Shown: piece after piece, positions 41,430 to 55,633 of the stretch
Position numbering within the stretch: the first letter of the stretch is position 1
How the letters are laid out: each line of letters starts with the position of its first letter
Assembly: GCA_951406725.2 (NCBI GenBank)
Contig: OX597832.1
Location: forward strand, 10,416,001 to 10,480,000
DNA length: 64,000 bases
Reading direction: 5' to 3'
DNA from: Octopus vulgaris
Taxonomy: Eukaryota
Notes under the pieces: model-generated
The model's database searches: none
What the model saw: the letters and a program-made list of their open reading frames with translations, nothing else
Told to the model about the DNA's origin: nothing
Made by a program: the position numbers and the translations under genes

Positions 41430-43173
41430 CGTGTGTGTACATATACATATATGTGCATATAGACAGATGTCTATATCAATATGCATATATATGCGTGCTT
41501 TTGTGCGTTGTAAAATGGCAATATATGCAATAACACTTTGAACAAGAAAGAGATAAAGAACACCTTTGTTTCTTCTAGAAATCCCCCCCCCTACAGTATG
41601 TATCATAATTCAAGTAAAACATTGCTCCCTGTCAAACTTGTTAACGGAAATCGTGAACTATTGATTGCTGCGAAGAAAAGGTGTGACTTACTAAACTAGA
41701 GTTCATCTGTTACGGTATGACATATATGAAAAGAGTTATCGTTTTGTTAAGAAATGTAATGCATAAAATTCGATAGAAGTCTTACTGATCGTGTCTGTCT
41801 TATTGCCTTAATAAAGGTTCAAAAATATTATGCTTTCGTGTGAAGTGTAGATATATGTTCTGTTTGGTGAATTAATCGTTAGAAATTAATTTAATGGCGT
41901 TAGAGTCTATTATATCATTAACACCAATAATACAAATTACAATAATATAAAAATAGCAACATTTCTGAACGCTTGCCAAACGAAAACCAATTTGAAGTAA
42001 CACTAATTTCTTTAGCTATCGAACTAGCAGGATAGTGACTACCTAGGAAACCGTCCGACTGTTAAGAGAAAAATGTATGAGAAAAGATCAATTCTTTTTT
42101 TGTTTAATGACTGTACTTTGAATGTTTGAAATGAGAGAAATAATGCATTATATGATTCTAAATGTGGAAGTAGACGAGAAAATGCTTGGGATCATTTCAT
42201 TGCAAACCTTTCTGACCTTGCTACAGTGACTTCATTTATACATAAAATTAGGAAAGCCACTTTGGAGTCAATTTGCTAAAGCTTTATGAATTTGTACAGC
42301 CGTCAAATGTTTGAAACTTACATAAAATAAGGAAGATGTTTTTCACGTTTTTTCTAAGTATGCAAATAAAACTTGGTGTTTACGTTATTAATAGTACTGG
42401 ACTAGATCCAATCAATGCTTTAAAGTATAGATGTGTGTGTTTCCTTTGTATATATATTTTGCTGTATAACTCCTTAATGTTACTTGAGGCTTGTACAAAA
42501 GTTTTCACGTGTACGTTGTTGCGATTCCGGGTGGAAAGATTGCATCTAGTGTGCATGTGACGTATTTCATTATATACGCATGGAGTCGAACTAGGGACAG
42601 CTGATGAAGGGGAATTTTCCTTGTATTGTTTGTCTTGTACTCTGTTTTATCGTTGTTAAAAAATGTCCGTTTCCATGTTTGTGTTTACGTTTCCGTTTCT
42701 CGTTGAGTTCTACGTCTATTTGTGGTGTCCTATACTCACGTATATATATATATCTATATATGCATGTATATATACATGTAGATGTAGGTACGTACATATA
42801 TGTATGTATGTATGCATATATTTTATTTATTAATTGATTGCATGACTGAGCGCCCTCGCGTCGTTTCGTTTCTTTTCTGTTCTCCGAGTAAGTTTTATAT
42901 ATATATATATATATATATACCAATATATATTTTATTGTATGCATCATATAGTTCTTGTTCTGTACTTTACCAGATGTAATAACTTGTCCTGAACTTTTCC
43001 AAATATAAAAACGCGCCCTGCATTTTTTCAGACTTATGATCTTAAGAATATTATTTCTCTTGCTCGCTTTTTTTTCCAAGTAATAGCACTATGACATATT
43101 TTAAAAATATACTGCTATAGATATTAATGGATATATATACATATACATAAACACACATACGTACATATATACC

Positions 43174-43245
<72 letters not shown>

Positions 43246-43264
43246 CGCGTGTGTGTTTATGCAC

Positions 43265-43323
<59 letters not shown>

Positions 43324-43431
43324 TAAAATTCCAAATTTGGTTGGCAGTGGTATAAAAGCTTATTCACTTTTACCAGTTAATAACGTTGCTAATCTCAGTG
43401 AGCGTAGAAAAACACCAGTTAGTTTATTTTA

Positions 43432-43498
43432 CTATCCTGAGGAGATCTTCACATCGGTATATCCATAAGTCTCAATAGAAACTGCATGTTGTCGGTAG
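43432..43498 (+). ncRNA. Hammerhead-like motif with irregular stem II
   Basis: ctatc-CTGAGGA-N34-GAAA-c-tgcatgtt-g-TC-ggtag; stem I ctatc/ggtag. Confidence 0.5.
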
Positions 43499-43511
43499 AG
43501 AAGAAATAAGG

Positions 43512-43728
43512 AATTAATAATTAAGGAGAACAGAGATTTATATATCCAGCTTTATCCTGCAGTTAATCACGACTTACCATTTCTGTACCTCCATTTGTAA
43601 TTGCAAAGTTGCAGCGTGCACTGTGTTGCAGCAGAAACATATGCAGGTACAGAAATGAAAAGACATGACATGATTAGCTACAGAATAAGAATGCTCATAT
43701 AAATCTCTGCTATCTTTAATTATTAATT
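43512..43728. repeat. Imperfect ~217-bp palindrome centred on GTGCAC (43616-43621)
   Basis: 'aattaataattaaggagaacagagatttatat' pairs with 'atataaatctctgctatctttaattattaatt'; 'catttctgtacct' pairs with 'aggtacagaaatg'. Confidence 0.8.
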
Positions 43729-43972
43729 TTTATATATATATATATATATATATATTCAACGGTTACAATAAAGAGATGATCAATGCAATACAGGCTATTA
43801 GAAGAGCTATGAAGTTAATATAAATATTAAAAAAGCTTGACGTGAAACTCTGAGGAACATTTTGTTTTCTGTTTAAACACCATGATTTCACTAGACATTT
43901 GATATTCGCATGGTAACTATACATTCACATCTGTGAGTCTATACACACACACACAGACACACACACACACAC

Positions 43973-44049
<77 letters not shown>

Positions 44050-44623
44050 TTCTACCTTTCTATTTAACCACCTATCTACCTATATATCTGTGCATATACA
44101 AACATACACACACAAACACACACACACATATATATGTGTATGTATCTTAAAGTGCCAATAATCTATATTATAATGCAAAATGAAACTTCAATGAAGATAT
44201 AGTAGATACTTCTTTCAGTCGGTAAGAATCGCCACAACAATAGTAATACTTAAGAAGAGAGGTTGAAGTAATATTAGAGTAAAAGTGAAAAACCATTAAA
44301 ACAATTGCCGTGACGGAAACACACATACCAGATCAACCAATGAAATATATATGCACACAGCGACGGTTGTTATGTAGAAATTAATCATCAGAGCTTAACA
44401 ACCTCTAGAATTTTCGGCAATTTCATAGAACCATTTTGAACTTAGTGGTTTCGAAGTGGCAACAGCCATAATAGCTTTCCTTTGTGTTTGCATATTAAGT
44501 ACAATTCATTTATTTGCAATAGTTACGATTGAAGTATACGGTTTTATTGTGGCTGGAGATTCGAATAAAATTTCGGTTTGTATCTATAATTTCACATCAT
44601 TATGTCCATGTTTAGTGTCTGTA

Positions 44624-44734
<111 letters not shown>

Positions 44735-47700
44735 CGGTTGTGTATGCGTTCAGATGTGTATGTGTCTATGTATGTATGCTTTTATGTATGCGTATGCATG
44801 TAAACATACATTGGTATAAATGTAAAAATAAGCATTTCTCTCCTTTATACACACAAACGCAAAGGCACCCTCATACACAGACACATACAGACAGACACAC
44901 AGACACACAGACACACAGACACATACACACGCTTATACACACAGACAATATGCTGATGTGAACGCATATGTGAATTTTTAACGTATTGTTAAAGGAATTT
45001 TTATAGTCATCTAGTTAATACAAACATAAATTCAATTATTAAGTAACGAAATTTAGGTAATGGCATTTATTATTCATTTTTCATTCGTTATTTATCATAT
45101 GGATTCATATTTGTACTGCTTTTATCACAGTCGTAACATCTGCTGAGAATGGTCTCCATTATATCAGTAGAAGTTTTATCTGATCTTCGTGCTTTGTTCT
45201 CTTTCTGTTCATTTAAAACTTTATATCGTCTTCTAATATAAGTATAGTCTACTTATATTCTTCGTAGCAGCAGATTTTAATCACTTACCGGAAAACTATT
45301 TATAAAAATCTGAAATAAACACTTGCTATTTGCATCCAATTGTACAATAAACTGACAGTAGGCAATTATAGTGTCTCCCGAATTCTTAAATATCTTTTTA
45401 TCTTCTATTAAGATGTCGATGACCAAAACAATGGTAGCTGTGGTAGAAGATTTAGTGCCGTTGCCTATCGAAACTAATTTTCCAGGTTCGAATATTTACG
45501 ATTACTCGAAGATAGTGCTTCTATGAAACATATGTCTTCCTAAACTAAAACATAAATAAAAATGTCTGAAGCTAATTATTTTCATCTAATGGAATCAGGA
45601 TTACTATAAACACACACGCAAAAAAATAATAAACGGAATGGATTAACATGACTACAATATACTTGATCAGAGATTTGACTTAGGGGCAGTCAACTACTGC
45701 ATATGTTTTCTCCACCATTGCAACTAATATGAGCCGCAAGTATTTCATCATTAAGGCAACCATATTGAACCTCGGTTTTTGAATCCTATTTCTAACATTT
45801 AAGTGACGATTCATCACAATATGGAAAAACTTGATAAACTACTCAACAAAAAAAGATTAGAATATCATATGGAATTATATTATTATTGATTATTATACAT
45901 CTTGAGAGTATGTGCATGCAGTACACATATTTAGTTGGGTTATGATGAGGGTTGTACAAACATTTAGATAAATTTTAGGTGACAATGAGAAATTTTTTCT
46001 CTGGCTAATTTAAATTGATTCGTAGTAAATGTTGTAGAATTTAGAATAATTATAATCCTCAAAAAGCAGACAAGATTAGAATTTGGTGGGAAAAGTATTC
46101 TACATCAATTCATTCAACTTATATAATACTTTCAGCCTTTTTTAAAACTAGAATTGTTGCTTCCGTTTGGTTTTAGAATATTTAAAAAACGTAATGTAAC
46201 CACCTGTCAATTAATTATAATCATTCAGTTTCTTCTTTCTCATTGTCATCTAATTTATTTATTATTCAAATGTCTTTAGCTTTGATATGAACCTTTTCAA
46301 ATATATTTCAATTTGCTTACAAACTTTAAAACTTTTAGTATTTTCATCCTTAGATACATTAGTCTCGCGTATAATGTGTTTCTTGATGGATGTTAAATTT
46401 TTCTCCAATTATTTTGTTACACCTATATGCGTAATTAAATATTCTAAACATATTAAAACCGACAAACTTCAAAATGTAAGGATTTTTGCAAATATTGATG
46501 TTAACAAATGTTAGTTCACATCAATTAGTATCAAGCACACTGAGCCCCAAAATTCTCATCCGGCAAATATCACAAGAAATTTGACGCCTTGACAGCTTTC
46601 AAAACCACTGCATATTAAGTCACAGCTTTATATGACATTTATAATTCAAACAACAATAAGCATTGTAATATACTTTTACTATATTAGTAATGTTTTCTAT
46701 TTCTTCTATTTATCAACTATGAAGTCCGTTTAACCTCCATTGCTTAAAATTTAATTCATAAAAAATTCTGAAAACAAATCCCATTTTGTAAGATCTGACA
46801 TATTTCAATCGCACCACTCTTACAAATTACCATCGAAGAATTCCATGTGTTTGTGTGTTTGGTGTGTGTGTGTTTGTGTGTGTATTGTGTGTGTGTGTGT
46901 ATGTGTGTGTGTGTGTGTGTGTGCGTGTGTGTAAGTGTGTGTAAGTGTGTGTGTGTGTGTGTGTGTGTGGATAGATACGTTGGTCATCGTTTTTTTCTGG
47001 CTTGAAAGTACATGAGAGGTGATGTAAGAATCAATGTCTTATTTTATACACTCACACACATTATACACACAGAGTCAGGTAGGTTAGGTACAATATGCAT
47101 GCATATATAGGTACACATTCATGCATACATGCCTTTAGCCATGCTTATATATATATGAAAGAAAGATTCAGCTATGAAAACGTGCCTCCGAACGTAGAGG
47201 ATTAAGATCAGTGTGACCTATTACCAAGGTCAGAAAATGTTCCGTTAAGAACATTACATTACTTATATATCACCATTCTTGTCCATTGTCTTTTATCATT
47301 GCATCTGCCACTCCATCCCTCAGTTACTTTCCCTCTACTTATCGGTTTATCTGAACACATATATATGTGTAGGTGTATAATTTTGGTACGCATAACACAC
47401 AAACACACATACAGAAGCAAGCACATACACACACATACACACACACTCAATCTAACTTTTGGTTTTCTATATTCTTGGCTATCTAACGTTCATTTCAATC
47501 TCTTTTTATTATGATATTTCCATTTACCATTATGCAATGGGGAAGTTATCTTTTCAACAAAATCAATTTAATATCTTATTACATGTGCTCAGCTGCTTAC
47601 ATAGATGTATCGTTGCTCTTAACTCTTTGAACACGTCTGCAACGTAACATTGCAATAAATGAGAAATTACTTACTCATATGTTACCTTACGTTACCATGA

Positions 47701-48831
47701 GTGTCAATGCAACACTGTAAATCGATACTTCATACCTTATAGTCCGAAAGTAATAATATACAACTGAAAATGTGATGTATATTAGAAGATGGGATTCTGC
47801 TCATAGCAAATTACATCTTCTTAAATAACTACAGATACTTTATAATATGTCCTAGATAACTTATATAAAAATAAAAAAAAAACAAGCAAAGGTAATAATA
47901 ATAAATTCCAACAACAATAGAAACTAGTAAAAATACTTCCTTTGGGGTATACTTTTGGTGTGTAGAAATCTCTTTGATAATTACTTTCTGCAAAATCACC
48001 AAAATCGACAAATGGTAAGTTTATAAAAGAATGGTACTCATAAATCTAATTTCAAATGTTCAATGAAATGTTCTATGTATCAATAACTCCAATACATTTA
48101 AATGTATTTTTCCAGTATTATTAAAAAGAGAAATTCTCATTCAAAATATTGACTTTAAACACCAGAAAAACGATTGAAGTTATTTTAGTAGTAACGTAAA
48201 ATCGAGCAGAAAAGTACATTATCTATTAAAAAGTGCTTTCCACAGAGGAAATATATAATATTTCAATTTAAGCATCACATTTAGTTATCAATATAAATCG
48301 CTCTAACATTATAATGGATACGAAAATAGAATGCAGGAGGAAACCTATTTACAAATTATCATCATTTACTAACTACTGGTGAAGGTATTCATCTCAAGTG
48401 AATTTAATATGTAATATGCTCGCTTTTAAATGTTCAGCGCCCGTATAAAGACACTCTATTCTTGCTTCGGAACTTAGTTGCATTGATCAAAATAATTTGA
48501 ATGGTTTCTATTCTTAATGTCAATCATCACAGCATTACTGACAGTTGTTTTCAAATATTCCTTCGGCTATTTTTGTCAAGTGTTCCCTCCTTCTAAGGAC
48601 AGATGCTATGGTTTCAAAATATCTACTTTTCGCCAAAGAACTCGATATATTCCGTCATAATTATATATTCAATATACTAAAATGAGAAACAGCGTAAACA
48701 TACTTATATGGTAAATATTTCAATACACATTAACGCGACTAATAGTGTACAACTGAATGAAATTTGTACGGACATCCATACAAACAGAAACATACTCACA
48801 CACGAATACCCACACCCAGACATTCGTATAT

Positions 48832-49233
48832 TCTTTCATTCTTTTACTGGTTTCAGTCGTCTGACATGCAGTAGCACCGCCTTATACGGATTTTTAGTCG
48901 AAGAAATCCAACGCAAGACTTGTTTCTTTAAGGTTAGTACTTATTCTATTGGTCCTTTTGCCGAACTGGTAACAAACGGTGAAATAAAAGCACCAGCGTC
49001 GGCTGCCAAGCTACGGTTGTTTGACAAGCATAATCTCACACACATAGATTTAAGTATATATATATATATATATATATATACTTCTTTCGGTTTCCGTCAA
49101 CGAAATCCACTCTGAAACTAAAAAGGCTTTGGTCGACCAGTTGCTATAGTAGAAGACTCTTGACCAAGGTGCTACTTAGTGGGACTGAACCCAGAACCAT
49201 GTAGTTGAGAAGCAAGTTTTTTACCACATAGCA

Positions 49234-49236
<3 letters not shown>
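48832..49236 (-). mobile_element. SINE-A copy, diverged
   Basis: 'cttttactggtttcagtc', 'tagtacttattctattggtc', 'gtgggactgaacccagaaccatgt'. Confidence 0.85.
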
Positions 49237-49268
<32 letters not shown>

Positions 49269-50591
49269 CATATATAGACACTCACACAAACACACACAAA
49301 ACACACACACACACTCACATATATATATAAGTATGTATGTATATATATAGTGGATTCTCACGATCTCATTGTGTGAGGTACCAATATCCTGCATTACACT
49401 ACTCACAGAGCTGGTTTGTTTCCAGTAGTCTAAGCTTTTGTTTAGACCCGCTGGTAGCAGAAAGTGGTGCATATTTTTTGACCAGAAATTGAATGAAGAA
49501 CATTTTCTGAGGTCTTTTTCTTTTAAGTCTCCGTCTCCAGGGTAGGCTGGATTCTCCACATCAGAGCTTCCAACTAATACATACGTTCATTCCTAAAATG
49601 CAAAATCTGCATCATAATTACAGGGATGGCTCTGATTATATTTGAGTCTTGATTAAATTTTGTTCTTTATACTACAAATATTTATTTCAAAGTGGGATTC
49701 TTTCATACTGCAGTACATTTTTTACCTAGAGCTGTAAACAGTTCTTATAAGAATAAACTTCCTATCTTTCCAGTGATATATTTCATTTTAGTTATTGTTT
49801 TTCTCAGAGATATCATGGATTTTGGTCTTCAAATTTCCTCAAATTCTTAGTCACATCAGGATATAACAAATCACACTGCTTAATCTCTCCATACAACAAA
49901 AGTAAACGTGCCACTGTTGAACTTCTAATTATAATTACCGAGTCTCCCTTTTTCAAAGAAGGCCCTACAGCATAAAAAAATAATACGTAGAGCTGCGCGT
50001 TGATGTAAACATTATATTCACGCTTGAAATGCGATTTACCACACGTTTTATTTAGCTGATATTTGCGTTTACACCAACAAACAAGATAACTCCTTCTCTC
50101 ATTCGAAATGGAAGAGTATATGTGTAAATTGTCTTCGACTAACAAATTTAACCCTCTGAACATTCACGCTCCCTCTTTACTAAATTTACAGAACTAATCG
50201 CAAAGCTCATGAATATTTCCTGGAATATTGCACCATAACGTAAGGTTGTTTAAACGAAATTCAAAACAGAGAACACTTTACGAACAAAAGAACAGTATAT
50301 ACAAAAGCAAATACATAAGTTCCAATGTAACCTTAATCACAGGCATTGCATTTTAATGGTCATCTCTTAAATAACATATACTTACGTACATTTACGCATA
50401 TATATTCAGTGTATACTTGTGCAAGCAGAAATCTATATGTGCATGTGATATATATATAACAGTCGGTGTCCATTGTTGAAGATATATGCGGTTTTTAGAT
50501 GATCATGTATACATATGTGTCCTCTGGTGATTTCGTTTACATATGCATACCCACATATATAATGATCTATATAATGATATATATGAATGTA

Positions 50592-50635
<44 letters not shown>

Positions 50636-51190
50636 TACATATAAATATACATATATATGTATGTATACGCATGTTTATATATATATGTGCTCATATATAC
50701 ATACATATACATATGTATATATGTATATATATATATATATGCTCATACATACATATATATAAGTATATATATATATGCATGTGTGTTTGTATGAGTGAGT
50801 GTGTGTGTGTGTATGCATAAATATATAACTGTCTGTCTTCTGTGGTCGAACGATTCTCAGAACAGATTTGTATAGGTTCTGAGAATGAAAACGGATACAT
50901 TTCAATGACATAATGAATGCTATTCATTCCTTCAAGAATAATAGTCCTAGGTATACTACAGAGGAACATCTTTGCAAACTACATTGTATTTCTATGGACA
51001 TATGAATCACTCTTTAGAATTTCTTAGTGATAACTGTACTCCCTCCCAACGTAATAATGTCGTTGATCAATACTTTTTGCTAAAATATGATTTAGATATA
51101 TTCTAGAGATTTTTGAAAAAGAGGTCAATGCTAAGCGTGAGATTTTGTCTGATGCTGTTTATTGTTCCTAGCTACCAATGTATATATATA

Positions 51191-51228
<38 letters not shown>

Positions 51229-52225
51229 TTTTCTTTCTTTCTCTCTCTGCAGTTCTTGTATAGAAAGATTTGTGTGCGTACCTTTGTATGTGAGAGTGTG
51301 TATATATATAATGAGAGAGTGTTTGTAAGCACGTCTGTAGATAGAATCAGCAAGTACTCAATACTATGAGATAGATCATTAATTTGATTTGTTAACCGAT
51401 TCCAATACAAGCTACTACTAAAAGTTCTTTTGTAAAAAATCTTCTGCTGCTTTATTGTAATATATTTAAATGCCTATACAAGCAACATTACTTGTGGCGT
51501 CACGAGACTCGTTGTTTCTTTCACATTACTGGAATTTCAAAATGTTTCATTGCCCTAATTATAACAAAATTTTCGCTTTCCAGGAAGGAATATCTCACCC
51601 ATGTAAGATAATGTTAAAGAAATATTAGACAAATTTTCGTCTGAAATGTCGTTGGTCACGTACAGCATTAATACATGGGAGGAAATCTGGACTGTTACAT
51701 ATCAGTATTCAAACGTTTCGTTATTCTGGAGAATAGAGGGCAACATCAATGCAAGTGCATGATTTAGAGTTAAAGTGACATGCGAAATTGATTTTCGCTT
51801 TCCTGCAATCTAGAACCATTTACACATTCTTCTTTAACACACTAATTGAAAAAACATATCTTTCATTTTCTTAGACGTAATGTTAATAAATATGACGAAA
51901 AATTAAGCGAAGACATGATATAAGAGAAAAATATGTAATACTGGGAATATATTTACGAGATTATCTTTGCTATATATACGCAGTACCACAGTTATGGGTT
52001 GCATTTTGCATTAAAAGTTATTTCAGGTTACGGTTAAACTTAACTTGTGAGATCGCTGAACAAATTCTTAAATATGCACACGCATGTTGGGTGAAATCCT
52101 GTGTATGCATCATTGAGGATTCAGTTACCAAACAACACCACTATTCTACACACACACACACACATACATACACACATACATATATACACAAACACACACT
52201 TACACACACACGCACACACACACAG

Positions 52226-52289
<64 letters not shown>

Positions 52290-52339
52290 CATATATATAT
52301 ATTTGTATGTATGTATATATATGTATGCATGCATGCGAT

Positions 52340-52872
52340 GTGATGACTTGTAACACCTCCGTCAATTTAATTACCTCTTCCACATCTGCGAATTCCGTAG
52401 CGCCAGCTTTCGCTACCAGCGAAGCCCTTCCACAAAAGATCCGGCTCTATACCCGGCTGTTCTTTCAGTTCATAACACGCATACAGTCGTGACTGTTTTG
52501 GATCTTCCGCGAGCAAGCGAGGCAAATATTTTGCTGCAACTATTTTCTTTCCCAATTCCTCGCTGGAATTCGTTTTCACAGCCTCAGAACGCATCAGTTA
52601 TATGAAAAAAAGTTATTCATTTGTTTGAGGATGGTCCTCTGAGTTCAGTTCATGTATATTCATAATATTTTCATTCATTTCTTAGATCAACGCTCACTGA
52701 GGACGAGGTTGAACTTCAAGCGATAAGTGGCCATACCAAACACGCGAAAACCTCTCGTGAACTTGTTTTGCTCATAGCAGCGGCCAAGTAAGCTGCTTGA
52801 AGCACAGCAACTGTTTAGGCCGCCGTTTTCGCCTTCAGAAAAGAGAATTTCACTGAAGCTCGCTGTTCCTTT
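52340..52872 (-). mobile_element. Decayed mariner transposase N-terminal half
   Basis: KEQRASVKFSFLKAKTAA*TVAVLQAAY...AMSKT and EELGKKIVAAKYLPRLLAEDPKQSRL (WVPREL-like linker). Confidence 0.8.
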
Positions 52873-53043
52873 TATAGATATATACGATATATATATATAT
52901 GTATGTGTGTGTATGTACTGAGGCTAGCCATAGGATATTATATTTAGATATAACTGGGGTACTTATATGTACACATGACTTTTGCTTCGGCTTTTTTTTT
53001 TTCCATGGGAGCATGTATGTATTTCATTTATTTCGTATCGTAT

Positions 53044-53102
53044 TTTCTACTGAGGAGGGAAAAATCAATGAGATTAAATCCGAAATTGATTCAAGATAGA
53101 AA
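53044..53102 (+). ncRNA. Degenerate type-I hammerhead motif
   Basis: tttcta-CTGAGGA-g-gga..aatc/gatt..tcc-GAAA-ttga-t-tcaa-GA-tagaaa; 6-bp stem I, but U16.1 replaced by G. Confidence 0.5.
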
Positions 53103-53336
53103 TAACGAACTCTTTTTAGAAAAAAATCTGTTGACTACCTTCCCGATTTCAGTACAACGTGTTTCTGTAGCGGGTGTATAATATGTGGAAATTTGACGAT
53201 TTAAAAGTGTGTTATCAGCATATTGGCATAGAAATACTTTTCTGTTGCGCTTGTTTATAAGTTGTTTATGATTTAACCTTTAAAGGTATTTTAATATGCT
53301 GCCATTTTTCATGATTTTTTCTGTAAAAAACTTCAT

Positions 53337-53407
<71 letters not shown>

Positions 53408-53620
53408 ACGGCATGAGAAGTATTAGTGTCAAGAAGATCCCAAAGGTGACGGGTAACGCTATGTAAGGGGTATAGATAGACCATGGTTTAACTCCAGGTT
53501 CGATAATGATATGAATGAGGAAACCAACGTCGGTCATGTATTTGCATGCATATATAGATTGGCAAAATGTGATAAAAACCAAAGGCTGTAAATGGATTTC
53601 AGATCATTTATAAAGAAAAT

Positions 53621-53674
53621 GTCTTACAGCTGTTTCCGGGATATATGATATAAGTTATAACCTTCATCAGAGAC
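53621..53674 (-). ncRNA. Type-I hammerhead motif, copy 1 of an inverted pair
   Basis: gtct-CTGATGA-aggttata...tatatcccg-GAAA-c-agct-g-TA-agac; palindrome ACAGCTGT; stem II imperfect. Confidence 0.7.
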
Positions 53675-53813
53675 GGTGTGAGAAATTGTTCGAGTTTAAT
53701 ATATGCAAAAATTTAAGTATACAAAAATAGATACAAGTGGATGGGTATATGTGTGAATGCGTGTGAACATACATGATTTTGTGTGCGTATATGTGTTGAA
53801 GTGTGCATATGTC

Positions 53814-53857
<44 letters not shown>

Positions 53858-54616
53858 ATTCACAGATATACATTCTTTCTTTTCCTACTCATCGCTAACC
53901 TATCACACATGTCTATTTATGGAGACGATTTATATTCTTCGTTCTTTATATTCTTCAGTCTACCTCAATTTTTCCACTTGAACTAAGACAAACTTACACA
54001 TTACCCTATCCTTACCTTCTTTCTACCTTATTTATACCCATCCCTTAATGCAACTCTATCACACAATCCTTCCTCACATACTTCACACTCTTTTACACCT
54101 TACTCTCTCATCTACTCCTCTCTCTCCCACCTCACCTATCCCTTCCTCCTATCATTTTATGCTCACCACTAGCTAACACGCCCTCTCTCATTTCATTTCG
54201 TTCCCTCTTTCTTCATTTCTTTTTAGTCTCCCTCTTTTTCTTTTTTCTTCTTTCTCCCATTATCTTCCTGTTTTTGATTCCACGTATCTCCTTTTTCTAA
54301 TCATACACAACTGTCCTCCCTCCATCTATCCATTAATATTACAAACACAAACCCAAATTTTTATTCACACAAATAAAAAAACTCGATCGAACAGCATTGA
54401 TTGCAAGGTTCTCTGCTTGGAATCAACAAATATTATTACCATTGGATCTCACATACAAGGCACAGGAAACTTCTTCAAAACATATATACACTATTCTACT
54501 TGTAATATAGAACTACAAATACTATATCCTTTGTATCTCACTTGTATTTTCATTCTCTTATTTCTCTCTGTATTTCATATCTTCTCTATGATAAAGGTCA
54601 AACAATTTCTCGTACC

Positions 54617-54664
54617 GTCTCTGATGTAGGGATATATAACATATCCCGGAAACAGCTGTAAGAC
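54617..54664 (+). ncRNA. Type-I hammerhead motif, copy 2 (A9 to U)
   Basis: gtct-CTGATGT-a-gggatat-ataac-atatccc-g-GAAA-c-agct-g-TA-agac. Confidence 0.65.
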
Positions 54665-54681
54665 ACATATACACACACATA

Positions 54682-54915
54682 TCTCTATATATATAAAACT
54701 GAGAATGTGTGTCTGTCTGTCTGTCTGTGTGTTTCCCTAAAACTTGAGAACTACACAACCAATTTCATTCAAATTTTACACATGCCTTACTTAGGGTCCT
54801 GTCATGGGCAAAAACATGTTTAACTTCTTGCCTAGAGCGAGCCCACAGCAATATCATATCTTCTCCACTATTTCAGTATTAGGTGTTAAAAGTGAAACAA
54901 AAACATATCTCTATT
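54682..54915 (+). mobile_element. Probable non-autonomous Helitron-like 5' fragment
   Basis: A|TC start 'tctctatatatataaaactgagaat', then (GTCT)n and 'aactacacaaccaatttcattcaaattttacac'; no 3' CTAG end seen. Confidence 0.5.
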
Positions 54916-55633
54916 GTATGTATATGGGTGTATATATATATATTACAAAATATAAAGTTATATCTTGAGATCGTTAGTGACAACAACGCTCAAAATATAT
55001 AACAGACTGGAACAGTAGTACTCAAATGGGCTATATACACTTTTTAATCCGAGGGGGGCAATGCGAGCAGCAACTACAAGAGCACTACAAAATCCATATA
55101 AAGACCATACATATATTCATATATTCATATATATCTACAGAACAGACATAAAGCCCGACGTTTAGAAGTATATAGTAATATATAAATATATAAACATCAT
55201 ATAAAAATATATTGTACGCATAAGATCCACTCGACATTCCATAAGTAATTTAGAAATAAAAATTGCAATAAAAGTTAGAGGTAACAATTGAATTAAATAT
55301 AGTAAGTATTGTAATTAAATATATTTTATTTTATTTAAATGGTAATTAAATCGTAATATAACAATTAAAAGAAAAATAGCAATTAGTATAAAATGTATCA
55401 AAGACTTGAACTCGAATATGTGGCTTTGCATGAATGTGAAAAATGAAAAGATGAAAAATTTAATTGAGTGCAGAAGTGAATTAGTCCAGTTACTATAGCT
55501 GCTAGATTGAATTATATGCTTATAAATAGCATTCAGTATCTATGAGAATTTTTGGGAGTACGTAATGTCTGGTCTTTCGCATGTAGCAGGTATGTAATTG
55601 TGCATTTATTTCCGTGTACTATGTGTTGTGTGT

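Noticed and set aside
49530-49570. 2A-like ribosome-skipping peptide (SDVENPA, minus strand)
   Set aside because: Lacks a residue and the terminal GP of D(V/I)ExNPGP.
51570-51610. Plus-strand micro-exon (ttccag|19 nt|gtaaga); isolated strong donors near 5580, 45288 and 47670
   Set aside because: No consistent reading frame or exon chain; such sites are common by chance.
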